Counted from the first letter of the stretch, positions 38,443 to 47,394 are shown. The stretch is 64,000 nt of DNA from Alphaproteobacteria bacterium (GCA_044220535.1 JBGAQU010000002.1:1197-65196); one strand, 5' to 3'. Made by a program: numbers and translations. Notes: a model not told the origin generated them from the letters alone.

Positions 38443-39462
38443 TTATTTTTGTTCGCGAACCTTGCGCCAGGCCGCGACGTTACGATTATGCTCATCCAGC
38501 GTCGCGGCAAAAACGTGACCGCCTGTGCCATCGGCGACAAAATAAATGTAATCGTTCTTTTCGGGTTTCAGAACAGCCGCAAGAGACGCCACGCCCGGGT
38601 TGGCAATAGGGCCAGGCGGCAGGCCGGGATGTTTGTAGGTATTATAGGGCGAGTCCGATTCCAGATCCGTTGTCAGCAGGCGGCGCCCTAAAGGCCCCTG
38701 TCCCTTGTCTTCTATTTTCCCCTGCGTCAATGCATAGATCACCGTGGGGTCGGACTGCAGCGGCATGTTTTTCTGCAGACGATTGATAAACACGCCCGCG
38801 ATTTTGGGTCGTTCGGATGCAACGCCTGTTTCCTTTTCAACCACGGATGCTAAAGCGACGGCTTCTGCCGGAGAAGACAGTGGACTCGTTTGATCCCTGC
38901 CCTGCCATAAGGACTCAAGACTTTTCGTCATCGCCTGGCCCATATGATCGATCACGCTCTGCCGGGTATCGCCGCGCACGAAGGTGTAGGTTTCCGGCAG
39001 CAGGCTGCCTTCGGGCGGAACAACGGCAATCTCACCGCTCAACATGTCATTGCCGTTCAGGATCTGCACAACCTGCCAGCTGGTCAGGCCTTCGGGGATG
39101 GTGACCTTGCGCACCAGCACATCACCTTTGGCCATTTTATCGAGGACGTCCCGCATCGCCATATGCGGCGGGAATTCATATTCACCAGCTTTCAAAAGAC
39201 GCGCCTTTCCGGTCGCGCGCGCCGCCATCATGAATACGAACTTGCTTCTGATCACGCCATTGTTTGAAAGCGTATCGGCGATCGTTTTCACACCATCGCC
39301 GCGCCCAACCAGAACCTGCTTTATTTCCTGCGCGGGGCCTAGCCCTTTATAGGCCGACCACACCCACAGCGCACCACCGCCCCCGACGATAATGCAAGCC
39401 GCCATCCAGAACGCGAGAAGGGAAAGAAAGAAGCGCATGAGATACCTTATCTTTCTAGGCAT
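38443..39462 (-). CDS. mltG: endolytic murein transglycosylase
   Basis: YceG family: N-terminal TM, KAGEYEF, IPEG and ASVVEKE motifs. Conserved position after fabF. Confidence 0.92.
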   Translation of the reverse strand: MPRKIRYLMRFFLSLLAFWMAACIIVGGGGALWVWSAYKGLGPAQEIKQVLVGRGDGVKTIADTLSNNGVIRSKFVFMMAARATGKARLLKAGEYEFPPHMAMRDVLDKMAKGDVLVRKVTIPEGLTSWQVVQILNGNDMLSGEIAVVPPEGSLLPETYTFVRGDTRQSVIDHMGQAMTKSLESLWQGRDQTSPLSSPAEAVALASVVEKETGVASERPKIAGVFINRLQKNMPLQSDPTVIYALTQGKIEDKGQGPLGRRLLTTDLESDSPYNTYKHPGLPPGPIANPGVASLAAVLKPEKNDYIYFVADGTGGHVFAATLDEHNRNVAAWRKVREQK

Positions 39463-39583
39463 TCTGGCATAGCTTAGATAAATTGAAACCGTAAAATTTT
39501 TAACAAAAATCGATATTTATCGTAAAAAATAAAAATAACAGCTTTTTATTGCTTTTAATACGGAAATATTTTATTAAAAATAT

Positions 39584-40060
39584 ATGGAAGCACAAAAGAG
39601 TTATAAATCGAAAACACCTCAGCAGGAAAAGCAATCTTTGCTGAATAAAACCATATATTATGTCTCTTCATCTATGGCTATAAGCTTGCTGATATTGCGT
39701 ACCATAGGCATGGCTGGCAATGAATTCATAAAATATCACGGATCTAATTGTTTTGACGGTCTAATGGCCGCTTCATTTATTGATCTCACGCAAATGAGGT
39801 ACAGTAAGGATAAAGAACCAAAGCCTTGGCTTTCAACTACGTTCGCCATAGCGGTTGAAGGTGCCTATGAGTTTGCTTCTGCGAACTTTTACCATACAAT
39901 GACTGGCAGGCCTTTTAAATTTGATTATACCGACTTTGCAATTGTGTCTTATTCTGCACTGGCTTATGCCCTGAGCATGCATTATCTCAAAATCCAGCAG
40001 GACCATCAACAGAAGGCTGCCAATATAGCGGCGCTTTCCTGTGAAGCCTCTCCGTCCTGA
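39584..40060 (+). CDS. hypothetical protein in an AT-rich islet (158 aa)
   Basis: Open frame in a sharply AT-rich segment (39463-40065). One or two hydrophobic segments, no obvious SD, no family recognised. Confidence 0.35.
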   Translation: MEAQKSYKSKTPQQEKQSLLNKTIYYVSSSMAISLLILRTIGMAGNEFIKYHGSNCFDGLMAASFIDLTQMRYSKDKEPKPWLSTTFAIAVEGAYEFASANFYHTMTGRPFKFDYTDFAIVSYSALAYALSMHYLKIQQDHQQKAANIAALSCEASPS

Positions 40061-40068
40061 TTAGGGAA

Positions 40069-41340
40069 TCAAACCGCCCGGAAAATCACGCTGGCATTGG
40101 TGCCGCCGAAACCGAATGAATTCGATAATACAGTTTTAAGCTTCTTCTCTTTCGCCACTTTCGGCACGAGGTCGAGGCCGCGGCAGGGTTCGGAGATATT
40201 ATCCAGGTTCAACGTTGGCGGTAATACGCCAGTGTTGAGGGCCTGAATGGAATAAATCGCCTCAATCGCACCCGCAGCGCCCAGCAAGTGACCGGTCGCC
40301 GATTTGGTCGAAGACATGGAGAGTTTATCGAGACTGTTTTTAAACATGTTTTTGACCGCCGTGCATTCCAGCCCGTCACCCACGGGTGTCGACGTGCCAT
40401 GGGCGTTGATGTAATCAACATCCGACGGGTCGATCTTGGCGTTTTTCAGGGCCATGCGCATCGCGCGGAATCCGCCTTCGCCGTTTTCGGCGGGGGAGGT
40501 CATGTGGAACGCGTCACCGGACAGCCCATAGCCGATCACTTCGCCGTAAATTTTCGCGCCGCGTTTTTTCGCGTGCTCGTATTCTTCCAGAATGACGACG
40601 CCCGCGCCTTCGGCGATCACGAAGCCGTCACGCCCTTCATCGAAAGGACGGGAGGCTTCCGTCGGGCGATCGTTATAGCCGGACGACAAAGCGCGCAGCG
40701 CCGCAAAACTGGCGACCCCCAGACGATTGACGGCGGCTTCCGCCCCGCCCGCGACCATGATGTCGGCATCCCCCAGCGCAATCAGCCGGGCAGAATCGCC
40801 GATGGCATGCGTGCCGGTGGCGCAGGCCGTGACCACGGCATGGTTGGGGCCTTTAAAGCCGTGCTTGATCGAAACATGGCCGGAGGCAAGGTTGATCAGC
40901 ATCGCCGGGTTGGCGAAGGGCGAGATCTTTCGTGGGCCTTTTTCCAGCAATGTGACGGATGTTTCATACATGGTGCCAAGGCCGCCGATACCGGAGCCGA
41001 TCATAACGCCGGTGCGTTCGCGGTCTTCTTCGGCCTGCGGCGCCCAGCCGGAATCCTCTATCGCTTCCTGGGCCGCGCCCATGGCGAAATGGATGAATTT
41101 ATCCATCTTCTTCTGTTCTTTGGGTTCGACGAACAGATCAGCGTTGAAGGCCCCGTCGATGGGATTGGCGTCTTTGGTTTTTGGCACGATGCCCGCAACC
41201 TGGGACGCGATGTCCGAGGCTTCGAATTCATCAATGATGCGGATGCCGCTGTCGCCGCGTATCAACCGCGCCCAGTTATGCTTCACCCCTACGCCGAGCG
41301 GTGACACCATACCCATGCCTGTAACAACGACGCGTCTCAT
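40069..41340 (-). CDS. fabF: beta-ketoacyl-ACP synthase II
   Basis: MRRVVVTGMGMVSPLG N-terminus, active-site ACATG, HGTSTP and NSFGFGGTN motifs, 423 aa. Confidence 0.96.
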   Translation of the reverse strand: MRRVVVTGMGMVSPLGVGVKHNWARLIRGDSGIRIIDEFEASDIASQVAGIVPKTKDANPIDGAFNADLFVEPKEQKKMDKFIHFAMGAAQEAIEDSGWAPQAEEDRERTGVMIGSGIGGLGTMYETSVTLLEKGPRKISPFANPAMLINLASGHVSIKHGFKGPNHAVVTACATGTHAIGDSARLIALGDADIMVAGGAEAAVNRLGVASFAALRALSSGYNDRPTEASRPFDEGRDGFVIAEGAGVVILEEYEHAKKRGAKIYGEVIGYGLSGDAFHMTSPAENGEGGFRAMRMALKNAKIDPSDVDYINAHGTSTPVGDGLECTAVKNMFKNSLDKLSMSSTKSATGHLLGAAGAIEAIYSIQALNTGVLPPTLNLDNISEPCRGLDLVPKVAKEKKLKTVLSNSFGFGGTNASVIFRAV

Positions 41341-41367
41341 GCAAACCTCTAGAAAGCTTAAAAATCA

Positions 41368-41398
41368 GAAAGCGGCCTTCACTATAAAGGCCGCTTTC
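41368..41398 (-). terminator. hairpin between acpP and fabF (attenuator/terminator)
   Basis: GAAAGCGGCCTT-CACTATA-AAGGCCGCTTTC, a perfect 12-bp stem. On the minus strand it is followed by TGATTTTT. Confidence 0.5.
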
Positions 41399-41418
41399 AT
41401 AAAAACAAACCGCGCTGA

Positions 41419-41655
41419 TTAAGCCGCGTTGTCCTTGATGAAATTGATCGCGTCGCCGACCGTCTGGATTTTTTCGGCTGCGTCATCCGGGATTTCGACG
41501 TTGAATTCTTCTTCAAACGCCATCACCAGCTCGACCGTATCGAGCGAATCCGCGCCCAGATCATCGATAAAGCTCGCGCCTTCGCTTACTTTGCCTGCGT
41601 CGACACCCAGATGTTCGACCACAATTTTCTTTACGCGTTCGGCAACGTCACTCAT
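41419..41655 (-). CDS. acpP: acyl carrier protein
   Basis: 78 aa with the phosphopantetheine site [12 protein letters not shown]. Confidence 0.97.
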   Translation of the reverse strand: MSDVAERVKKIVVEHLGVDAGKVSEGASFIDDLGADSLDTVELVMAFEEEFNVEIPDDAAEKIQTVGDAINFIKDNAA

Positions 41656-41810
41656 CGGAAATCCTTATCTTGTAGTGTTTGTTAAAGCCTGGAAGCGCGG
41701 AACCTTATCATCCTTCCCGCACAAATCAAGCCAATTTGGATGAATTAGCATAAGGCCATTGGCATGGCCAGCGTTTTTAGGATCCGATCGCTGGGATATG
41801 TGGATAAAGC

Positions 41811-41978
41811 TCAGCAGCCGTATGTATAGCGCGGTTCGCGGAGTTCAACGCGGATATTATCGGCACCTATACGTTCCAACGTCCGTTCAAGCGCTTTCTT
41901 CTCAAACGGATTGTCGGCATAAACAATTGTAGTTTTGGCAAAATTTACTGCAAGCTGGCCAGCGGCTTTATTTGTCAT
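41811..41978 (-). CDS. unannotated small ORF (55 aa), hypothetical
   Basis: Below the ORF-track cutoff. ATG at 41978 is preceded by GGAGA (TAGGAGAATGCTATG). Translation: MTNKAAGQLAVNFAKTTIVYADNPFEKKALERTLERIGADNIRVELREPRYTYGC. Lies directly downstream of the HAD gene. Confidence 0.4.
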   Translation of the reverse strand: MTNKAAGQLAVNFAKTTIVYADNPFEKKALERTLERIGADNIRVELREPRYTYGC

Positions 41979-42035
41979 AGCATTCTCCTATCAATGTAAT
42001 ATTGTGTTACCACATTGATACAAATTCGTCCAGTT

Positions 42036-42704
42036 TTATTTTTTGGCGATTTCGGCAATATTCGCAAACCGCTCAACCACGTAATGCGCCCCGGCCTTTT
42101 TCAGAGCTTCGGCCTGAGCTGCCGGATCATGGAACGTGGCGGTCAAACCGACCACGGTCATGCCAGCGGCCACGCCCGCTTTGGCGCCAGTCACACTGTC
42201 TTCGGCCACCAAAGTCCGTTCCGGCGCGACGCCCATGCGGGATGCGGCCAGAAGGAACAAATCCGGGGCGGGCTTCGCGTTTTTCACCATGCTTTTGGTG
42301 AACACGTTCTCTTCCGGGAAAAACGGTGACAGGCCCGCAATCGACAAAGCCGCCAACACATTCGACCGCTCACCGTTGGACCCAACGCAGATTTTAACCC
42401 GTTCATGCAGCGCCCGCACGGTTTCCAGCGCGCCTGGAATACGTTTCATTAAATCGGGCATGCCTGCAGTCACACGCTTGGCGTATTCCACCACGAAAGT
42501 ATCTGGCAGGCTGACCCCCGCATCGACTTCAATGAATTTGCGGATATCGGTCATGCTTTTGCCCGCGAAATGGGCCAGGGCATAGTCGACATCATATTGC
42601 GGCAGTCCAAGTTCGGCGAGCAAATCCGCCGTGACCTTGTTGTTCAGATATTCGGAATCGACCAGCGTGCCGTCGCAGTCGAAGATGATGAGGTCGTAGG
42701 GCAT
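42036..42704 (-). CDS. HAD-superfamily hydrolase (phosphatase/beta-phosphoglucomutase-like)
   Basis: Motif I DLIIFDCDGTLVDSE, motif II VGSNG, motif III/IV K...EDSVTG, 222 aa. Confidence 0.85.
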   Translation of the reverse strand: MPYDLIIFDCDGTLVDSEYLNNKVTADLLAELGLPQYDVDYALAHFAGKSMTDIRKFIEVDAGVSLPDTFVVEYAKRVTAGMPDLMKRIPGALETVRALHERVKICVGSNGERSNVLAALSIAGLSPFFPEENVFTKSMVKNAKPAPDLFLLAASRMGVAPERTLVAEDSVTGAKAGVAAGMTVVGLTATFHDPAAQAEALKKAGAHYVVERFANIAEIAKK

Positions 42705-42787
42705 AAGTTTACAGTCGTCAGTTTACAGTGGACAGCCATGCCTAACGCCCTTTACTGCAAACTGTCTACTGTAAACTGCGAACTGAT

Positions 42788-43525
42788 TTAAATCATCGCC
42801 ATGCCGCCGTTAATATGAACCGTTTGTCCCGTCACATAGGCCGATTCATCGCTCGCCAGATAGACGGCAGCGGCGGCAATGTCTTCCGCTGAACCCATGC
42901 GGCCTGCCGGAATATTGGCGTTGATTTTGGCTTTCTGGTCGTCGGTCAGGACATGGGTCATGTTGGTGGCGATAAAGCCGGGGGCGATGCAATTGACCGT
43001 GATGTTGCGGCTGGCGATTTCCGCGGCCATGGCTTTGGTCCATCCCGCCATGCCTGCTTTGGAGGCGCAGTAATTCGCCTGGCCCGGATTGCCGGTGGTG
43101 CCGACGACGGAGGAGATATTGATGATGCGGCCCCAGCGGTTTTTCATCATGCCGCGCTGCACGGCCTGCGCCAGTTTGAACGGCGCGGTCAGGTTGACGG
43201 CAAGGACTTCGTCCCATTCCTCGGCCTTCATGCGCATGGAGAGGTTGTCTTTCGTCAGGCCCGCATTGTTGATCAGGATATCGATGCTGGACATGGCTTC
43301 AGCCGCGCCCTTCACCAGCGCCTCGATGCCTTCGGCTTTCGACAGATCGGCGGGGAAGACATGGACGCGGTCGCCCAGGGACGCGGCTAGGCCTTTCAGC
43401 TTGGCTTCGTTGCGGCCGGAAATGCCGACGGTCGCACCCTGCGCATGCAATGCCTTCGCAATCGCTTCGCCGATGCCGCCGGTCGCGCCGGTGACGAGGG
43501 CTTTTTTGCCTGTCAGATTGAACAT
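42788..43525 (-). CDS. fabG: 3-oxoacyl-ACP reductase
   Basis: ALVTGATGGIGEAIA, NNAG and catalytic YCASKAG motifs, 245 aa. Confidence 0.95.
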   Translation of the reverse strand: MFNLTGKKALVTGATGGIGEAIAKALHAQGATVGISGRNEAKLKGLAASLGDRVHVFPADLSKAEGIEALVKGAAEAMSSIDILINNAGLTKDNLSMRMKAEEWDEVLAVNLTAPFKLAQAVQRGMMKNRWGRIINISSVVGTTGNPGQANYCASKAGMAGWTKAMAAEIASRNITVNCIAPGFIATNMTHVLTDDQKAKINANIPAGRMGSAEDIAAAAVYLASDESAYVTGQTVHINGGMAMI

Positions 43526-44388
43526 TGTTTTTTTCCTTTCTCCTGCGGCGCGCTGAAATCGGTGAGGTCGATCTGTTCGACCTGCATGTCAGACTCCGCA
43601 TATCCTAAAAATTTCCTGGCCAGCGGCGCGAACCGTTCCACCGAATCCGTGACGAAAAACTTCGCTTCGCTCCGTGTTTTCGACGCGAACGGCCCGAACT
43701 GCCGGACGATATGCGCCGCCGCGGCCTCGCCAGTATCTACCAGATGGACGCCCGGTCCCGCAACCCGCGCGATCGCGTCTTTCAGCAACGGGAAATGCGT
43801 GCAGCCGAGAATGATCGTATCCGGCTTCACCGCGCCGTTTAATGCGGGCTGCAGGTAGCGTTTCAGCGCGGCATCCGTCACTTCATTGTCGTGCCAGCCT
43901 TCTTCGGCCAGCGCCACCAGCGCCTGGGCAGGCACGTTGACGACATTCACTTTAGGGTTTTTCGCCTTGAGCGCTGTTTCATAGGATTTCGCCTGCACGG
44001 TCGATTGCGTCGCCATCAGCAGGATCGAATTGTTTTTCGTTGCAGCCAGCGCGGCATCGACAGCAGGCGGCACCATGCCGATGACAGGAATAAGCGCCAT
44101 CGCCGCGACGGCATCGGCGGCATGGGCGGAGGCGGTGTTGCAGGCAATCACGATCATCTTCACATCATGCGCGAGAAGAATGCGTGCAAGGCCGGTGGAA
44201 TAGGCCCGCACCGTATCCGCGCTTTTGGTGCCATAAGGCACGCGCGCCGTATCGCCTAGATAAATAAAACGCTGCCCCGGCAATTCGCGCATCAGTGCTT
44301 TCAGGACAGTCAGGCCACCGACACCGGAATCGAAGACGCCGATGGGGCGAGGGTCGGATGCGAAAGATTTAATATTCATTGTTTTCAT
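43513..44388 (-). CDS. murI: glutamate racemase
   Basis: IGVFDSGVGGLTV, IVIACNTAS and ILGCTHFP catalytic-cysteine motifs. Overlaps the fabG start by 13 nt. Confidence 0.92.
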   Translation of the reverse strand: MKTMNIKSFASDPRPIGVFDSGVGGLTVLKALMRELPGQRFIYLGDTARVPYGTKSADTVRAYSTGLARILLAHDVKMIVIACNTASAHAADAVAAMALIPVIGMVPPAVDAALAATKNNSILLMATQSTVQAKSYETALKAKNPKVNVVNVPAQALVALAEEGWHDNEVTDAALKRYLQPALNGAVKPDTIILGCTHFPLLKDAIARVAGPGVHLVDTGEAAAAHIVRQFGPFASKTRSEAKFFVTDSVERFAPLARKFLGYAESDMQVEQIDLTDFSAPQEKGKKQCSI

Positions 44389-44400
44389 TTTTTATGTTTT

Positions 44401-44586
44401 TTAACCGCAGAGGCGCAGAGGACGCAGAGTTGAGGCCGCGCGCAGCGCAAAAAAAATCTGAACCACTGAGCGCACTGAGGACACTGAGGCATTGCGATCT
44501 CAGTGTCCTCAGTGCGCTCAGTGGTTCAAAAAAATTAATTGCCTGCGGCACTTTAACTCTGCGTCCTCTGCGCCTCTGCGGTAAAA
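44401..44586. repeat. nested double-palindrome element (copy B), immediately downstream of fabD
   Basis: Outer arms are 44401-44431 and 44555-44586. Inner arms 44461-44488 and 44499-44526 are a perfect 28-bp inverted repeat. Confidence 0.9.
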
Positions 44587-44595
44587 CTTTTTGTA

Positions 44596-45536
44596 TCATG
44601 AAAGAGTCTTCATCAATTCCTCAACCTGCGCCGGAGTGCCGACGGAGGATGCGGCGATATCGGGTTCGATGCGCTTGATCAAGCCGGACAGGACTTTACC
44701 CGCGCCGATTTCAACCGCCTGGTCGACGCCAAACGTTTTCATGGCCTGCACGGATTCGCGCCAGCGGACGCGGCCTGTCACCTGTTCGACCAGAAGTTTG
44801 CGGATATCGGCGGGCGTGCTGACGGGAGCCGCCGTCACATTGGCGATGATCGGCACAATCGGCGGCTGGATTGTTGCTTTTTCCAATGCAGCAGCCATTT
44901 TTTGTGCAGCGGGTTCCATCAGGCGGCAATGGAACGGCGCGCTGACCGGCAGCGCCAGCGCGCGTTTTGCGCCGCGTTCGGTGGCGAGCGCCATGGCGGC
45001 TTCCACTGCGGCCTTATGGCCGGAAATGACGATCTGGCCGGGGGCGTTGTCGTTGGCAGCCTCGCAGATTTCACTGCCGGACGCTTCCGCCGCGATTTTC
45101 GCAACGTCGTCGAAATCAAGGCCGAGGATCGCGGCCATAGCGCCCTTGCCCACCGGCACGGCCTGCTGCATCGCCTGGCCGCGCAAACGTAAAAGCTTCG
45201 CGCAATCGGCAAGGCCGAACGCGCCCGCAGCCGTCAGCGCGGAATATTCGCCCAGAGAATGCCCGGCCATGTAGGCGCAGTTTCTGGACAAGTCGATGCC
45301 TGCGTCTTTCATGATATTGATCACGGCCATCGACACGGCCATCAATGCAGGCTGGGTGTTTTCGGTGAGGTTCAGGTCGGATTCCGGCCCTTCAAACATC
45401 AGTTTCGACAGGTGCTGGCCCAGCGTGTCGTCCACTTCTTCGAACGTCCGCCGCGCAGGTTCGAATGCATCGGCCAGGTCACGGCCCATGCCGATGACTT
45501 GCGACCCTGCCCCGGAAACACGAAAACGCGTGTCAT
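44596..45536 (-). CDS. fabD: malonyl-CoA-ACP transacylase with an apparent 1-nt frameshift at codon ~12
   Basis: The ATG at 45536 gives MTRVFVFPGQG in one frame. SQVIGMG...GHSLGEYSAL... continues to 44596 in another frame. The break is at the GGG run (plus-strand CCC 45505-45507). Confidence 0.85.
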
Positions 45537-45619
45537 GATGATCCCCTTGTTTAAAAGCCTTGCCTTGATAAACCGCCATGCCAGGACAGGCAAATGAAAG
45601 TTTTGCAGATTAAGACATT

Positions 45620-45808
45620 TTAACCGCAGAGACGCAGAGAACGCAGAGAAGAAAAAGCCGCGCGCAGCGCAGTAAAAGATCTAAACCACTGAGCGCACTG
45701 AGGACACTGAGACACCGCGATCTCAGTGTCCTCAGTGCGCTCAGTGGTTCAAAAAACTTGAGTTGCCTGCGGCGCTTTACTCTGCGTTCTCTGCGTCTCT
45801 GCGGTTAA
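45620..45808. repeat. nested double-palindrome element (copy C), immediately upstream of fabD
   Basis: Same architecture and orientation as copy B. Outer arms are 45620-45648 and 45780-45808; inner arms are 45684-45711 and 45722-45749. Confidence 0.9.
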
Positions 45809-45870
45809 ATTATTTTTCATAATTAAAATATATGTTTACACTATACAAAAGTTTGAAAATCGAGCGTAAC

Positions 45871-45888
45871 TGTGATAAATTCATCACA
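45871..45888. promoter_or_regulatory. perfect palindrome TGTGAT-N6-ATCACA (candidate operator)
   Basis: TGTGATAAATTCATCACA lies ~95 nt upstream of the ATG at 45983. No regulator can be assigned. Confidence 0.3.
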
Positions 45889-45982
45889 TTCATACAGGTT
45901 TCGGGCGCGGCCCGGGTCGATTTATCAGAGTCTTCCGGGCTGGCTTGCCTGTGAAAGAAACTCGCTTTTGGGAAATGTTATC

Positions 45983-46246
45983 ATGGGCCATACGCTTGTC
46001 AGCGATCAAATCCGCGTCTATCTGAAACTCAGCGAAACCAAACTATCCATGCTGCTGGGCGCCCAGGGGAAAAAAGACCGTCCGCTGACCGGAAGCGCCC
46101 TGCAGAACCCTGAACTGAGCCGGTACGAGCTGGACCGCATGCTGCGCCGTGAAGAACGCCGCAGCGAGCGTTCGGTCGGCACCTGGCAGACCCTGATCGC
46201 CTCCCGCAACGAAGACTGCGCGAATTCCAACCTGGTTAAAGTTTAA
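45983..46246 (+). CDS. hypothetical protein (87 aa)
   Basis: Starts at MGHTLVSDQIRVYLKLSETKLSMLLG, a possible HTH-like N-terminus, and has a basic C-terminal half. The start within the longer tracked ORF was chosen to avoid the palindrome region. Confidence 0.4.
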   Translation: MGHTLVSDQIRVYLKLSETKLSMLLGAQGKKDRPLTGSALQNPELSRYELDRMLRREERRSERSVGTWQTLIASRNEDCANSNLVKV

Positions 46247-46276
46247 TCATGCTGGCTTTATAGCGTTAGAACTCAG

Positions 46277-46732
46277 TTAAACGCTTCTATGTGGTAATGC
46301 TGCCTGAATAACTGATTTCATTAAATCCGGCCCTTTTTCACATATATCGCCATAAACTTTTTGCCAGTTTTTACGATACTCGCCTTCTCCACCGACATCA
46401 TAATACATTTGCAAGGAAGCTAGATTAAACAGGGCTTCACGCAAGCCACTTTGCATTTCGGCTTCGTAATCACTTTGAGAATAACCGGCAGGGAATTCTC
46501 CGGTCTGAAGCTTAGTGGCGCTAGTAAAATACCTAGCCGCACCTCTTCTTCCTTCTTGATAATCATTATCAATACCAAGTTTAGGAAGCGATGCCCGGAA
46601 CATACGAATAGACTCATCAAGTCGTTTTTCCAACTCGCTTGTGATGGCCTCTATTTCCTCACCGTTTATGTTTTCAGGAAGATTTGGTAAATGCACATGA
46701 TTAAAAAGATTATGGATGTCTAGCCGATACAT
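46277..46732 (-). CDS. hypothetical protein in an AT-rich islet (151 aa)
   Basis: GGAGGA SD 5 nt upstream of the ATG at 46732. Markedly lower GC than the neighbours. No family recognised. Confidence 0.55.
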   Translation of the reverse strand: MYRLDIHNLFNHVHLPNLPENINGEEIEAITSELEKRLDESIRMFRASLPKLGIDNDYQEGRRGAARYFTSATKLQTGEFPAGYSQSDYEAEMQSGLREALFNLASLQMYYDVGGEGEYRKNWQKVYGDICEKGPDLMKSVIQAALPHRSV

Positions 46733-46953
46733 AACAGTCCTCCAAAAACAGATGATTTTATGAACTTAATCATATTGAATATTAATATGTCAATATTTTT
46801 ATTAATTTCTTGCTATATATCTTAAAATCCGTATAGTCCAGCTTCCTGAACCATAACCTCGCCGGTGGGAACCCATCGGCTTTGCCTTCCGGCCTGCAGA
46901 CGGGATTGGCCTGTTTGAACGCCGCTTGAAGACAAAACCAGGAGGAGCACTAG

Positions 46954-47394
46954 ATGCCTTACTACGAAACCGTGTTTATCGCACGGCAAGAGCTGGGGAC
47001 TGCGCAGGTCGAAGAACTGACCCAGTCTTTCGCCAAATTCATCACCGACAATGGCGGCAAGATCCTGAAGACCGAAAATTGGGGTCTGCGCACGCTGGCC
47101 TATAAAATCCGCAAAAGCCGCAAGGGTCATTACGTCCTGATCGAAAGCGACACGCCGCCGGCGGCGCTGATCGAGATGGAGCGTAACATGCGCCTGCACG
47201 AAGACGTGCTGCGTTACATGAGCGTCAGCCTGCTGGAGCCGTCCAAGGGCCAGTCGAAAATCCTCGACAAGAACCGCGACGATGAAGACGGCCGTGAGCG
47301 CGGCGACCGCGATTTCGGCGGACGCAGTGAAAGAGGCGACCGCGGCGATCGCGGCGACCGTGAAACCCGCAACAACCGCGAAGAGGCTGCATAA
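46954..47394 (+). CDS. rpsF: 30S ribosomal protein S6
   Basis: [12 protein letters not shown]...[18 protein letters not shown], and a C-terminal acidic/Arg-rich tail. Confidence 0.95.
   Translation: MPYYETVFIARQELGTAQVEELTQSFAKFITDNGGKILKTENWGLRTLAYKIRKSRKGHYVLIESDTPPAALIEMERNMRLHEDVLRYMSVSLLEPSKGQSKILDKNRDDEDGRERGDRDFGGRSERGDRGDRGDRETRNNREEAA

Noticed and set aside
44369-44678. ORFs 44369-44599 (-) and 44379-44678 (+) spanning repeat copy B
   Set aside because: They are translations of the palindromic element (the same peptide-like strings appear on both strands) and have no SD. They are pseudo-ORFs created by the repeat.
44401-45808. Possibility that the repeated palindromes form a CRISPR array
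   Set aside because: The copies are ~190 bp composite palindromes separated by a 1-kb gene. They are not 25-40-bp direct repeats with regular unique spacers, and no cas genes lie in the window.
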